The notes below the pieces were generated by a model. It had not been told where the DNA came from and ran no database searches. It saw nothing but the letters and a program-made list of their open reading frames with translations. The translations under genes were made by a program, and so were the position numbers. Shown in pieces: positions 63,506 through 64,000 of a DNA stretch of 64,000 nucleotides. Source of the stretch: Octopus sinensis. Its lineage: Eukaryota. The DNA is taken from assembly GCF_006345805.1 (NCBI RefSeq), contig NC_043003.1, positions 6,386,001-6,450,000 on the forward strand, read 5' to 3'. The stretch's first letter is position 1, and every line of letters begins with the position of its first letter.

Positions 63506-64000
63506 ATTGGTAAGGCGGAAGAGTCAATGAAGGCAGAACAAAACGTTTCGCAAATTTAAGTCTGTGTTCAAAGACAAAGGAATTTTCCATCATCGTTTTG
63601 GGGGGTTCTTCACATTTGTAACTCTTGAACTTTATTTTTTCTTCTAGAAATTTTAATTATTATTGGCATCCGTTCACGTTCTGAGTTCGAACCCTGCAGA
63701 GGTCGACTTCAACTTTCATCTTTTTGTGGCCGCCCATTTCCTCAAATATGCAGCCCGGTGATGATGTGAGATGAAAAACCTTGTTATTGCCGTTGAATAA
63801 TTAACTGATAATGCCATTAGTGAGACATAAAGCAGCTTAATTGAACAGAATTACCTGCCAGACGAGTTTTGGTGACCTTAAACGTATAACGATTGTCTTG
63901 CTTTTTATACAAGAGTTTGGCCAATATTTGCAGAGGAAAGGTGCATAAATCAATTAAAGTGAGTAGTTTGGGAGTTCCCGATTGTAGCCAGATGGAAATA

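Overview
Eukaryotic, repeat-saturated 64-kb window. The SINE/LINE repertoire resembles what I recall of Octopus (coleoid cephalopod) DNA; this is inference, not a search result. There is no intact long ORF, and nearly all ORF-track entries are microsatellite or retroelement read-throughs. Contents: (i) one convincing host coding exon (minus strand, 44061-44207, 147 nt, phase 1-1), so most of the window is probably long introns of a minus-strand gene; (ii) a decayed full-length mariner (342-1632) and a second truncated one (25139-25909); (iii) dozens of tRNA-derived SINE copies (my labels A, B, D, E) plus an unclassified dispersed repeat (F); (iv) many 5'-truncated RTE LINEs (label C is shown to be the 3' UTR of an RTE), other RTE lineages and a CR1 3' end; (v) Penelope-like fragments carrying minimal hammerhead ribozyme cores, long inverted repeats, TTAA MITEs and mini/microsatellites. 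Best leads: a recursive-splice-like AG|GTAAGT site at 5252/5253 on the host strand; four hammerhead motifs, one inside a TSD-flanked, inverted-repeat 303-bp insert; and SINE-A concatemers of a 184-bp unit with the same junction at independent loci.
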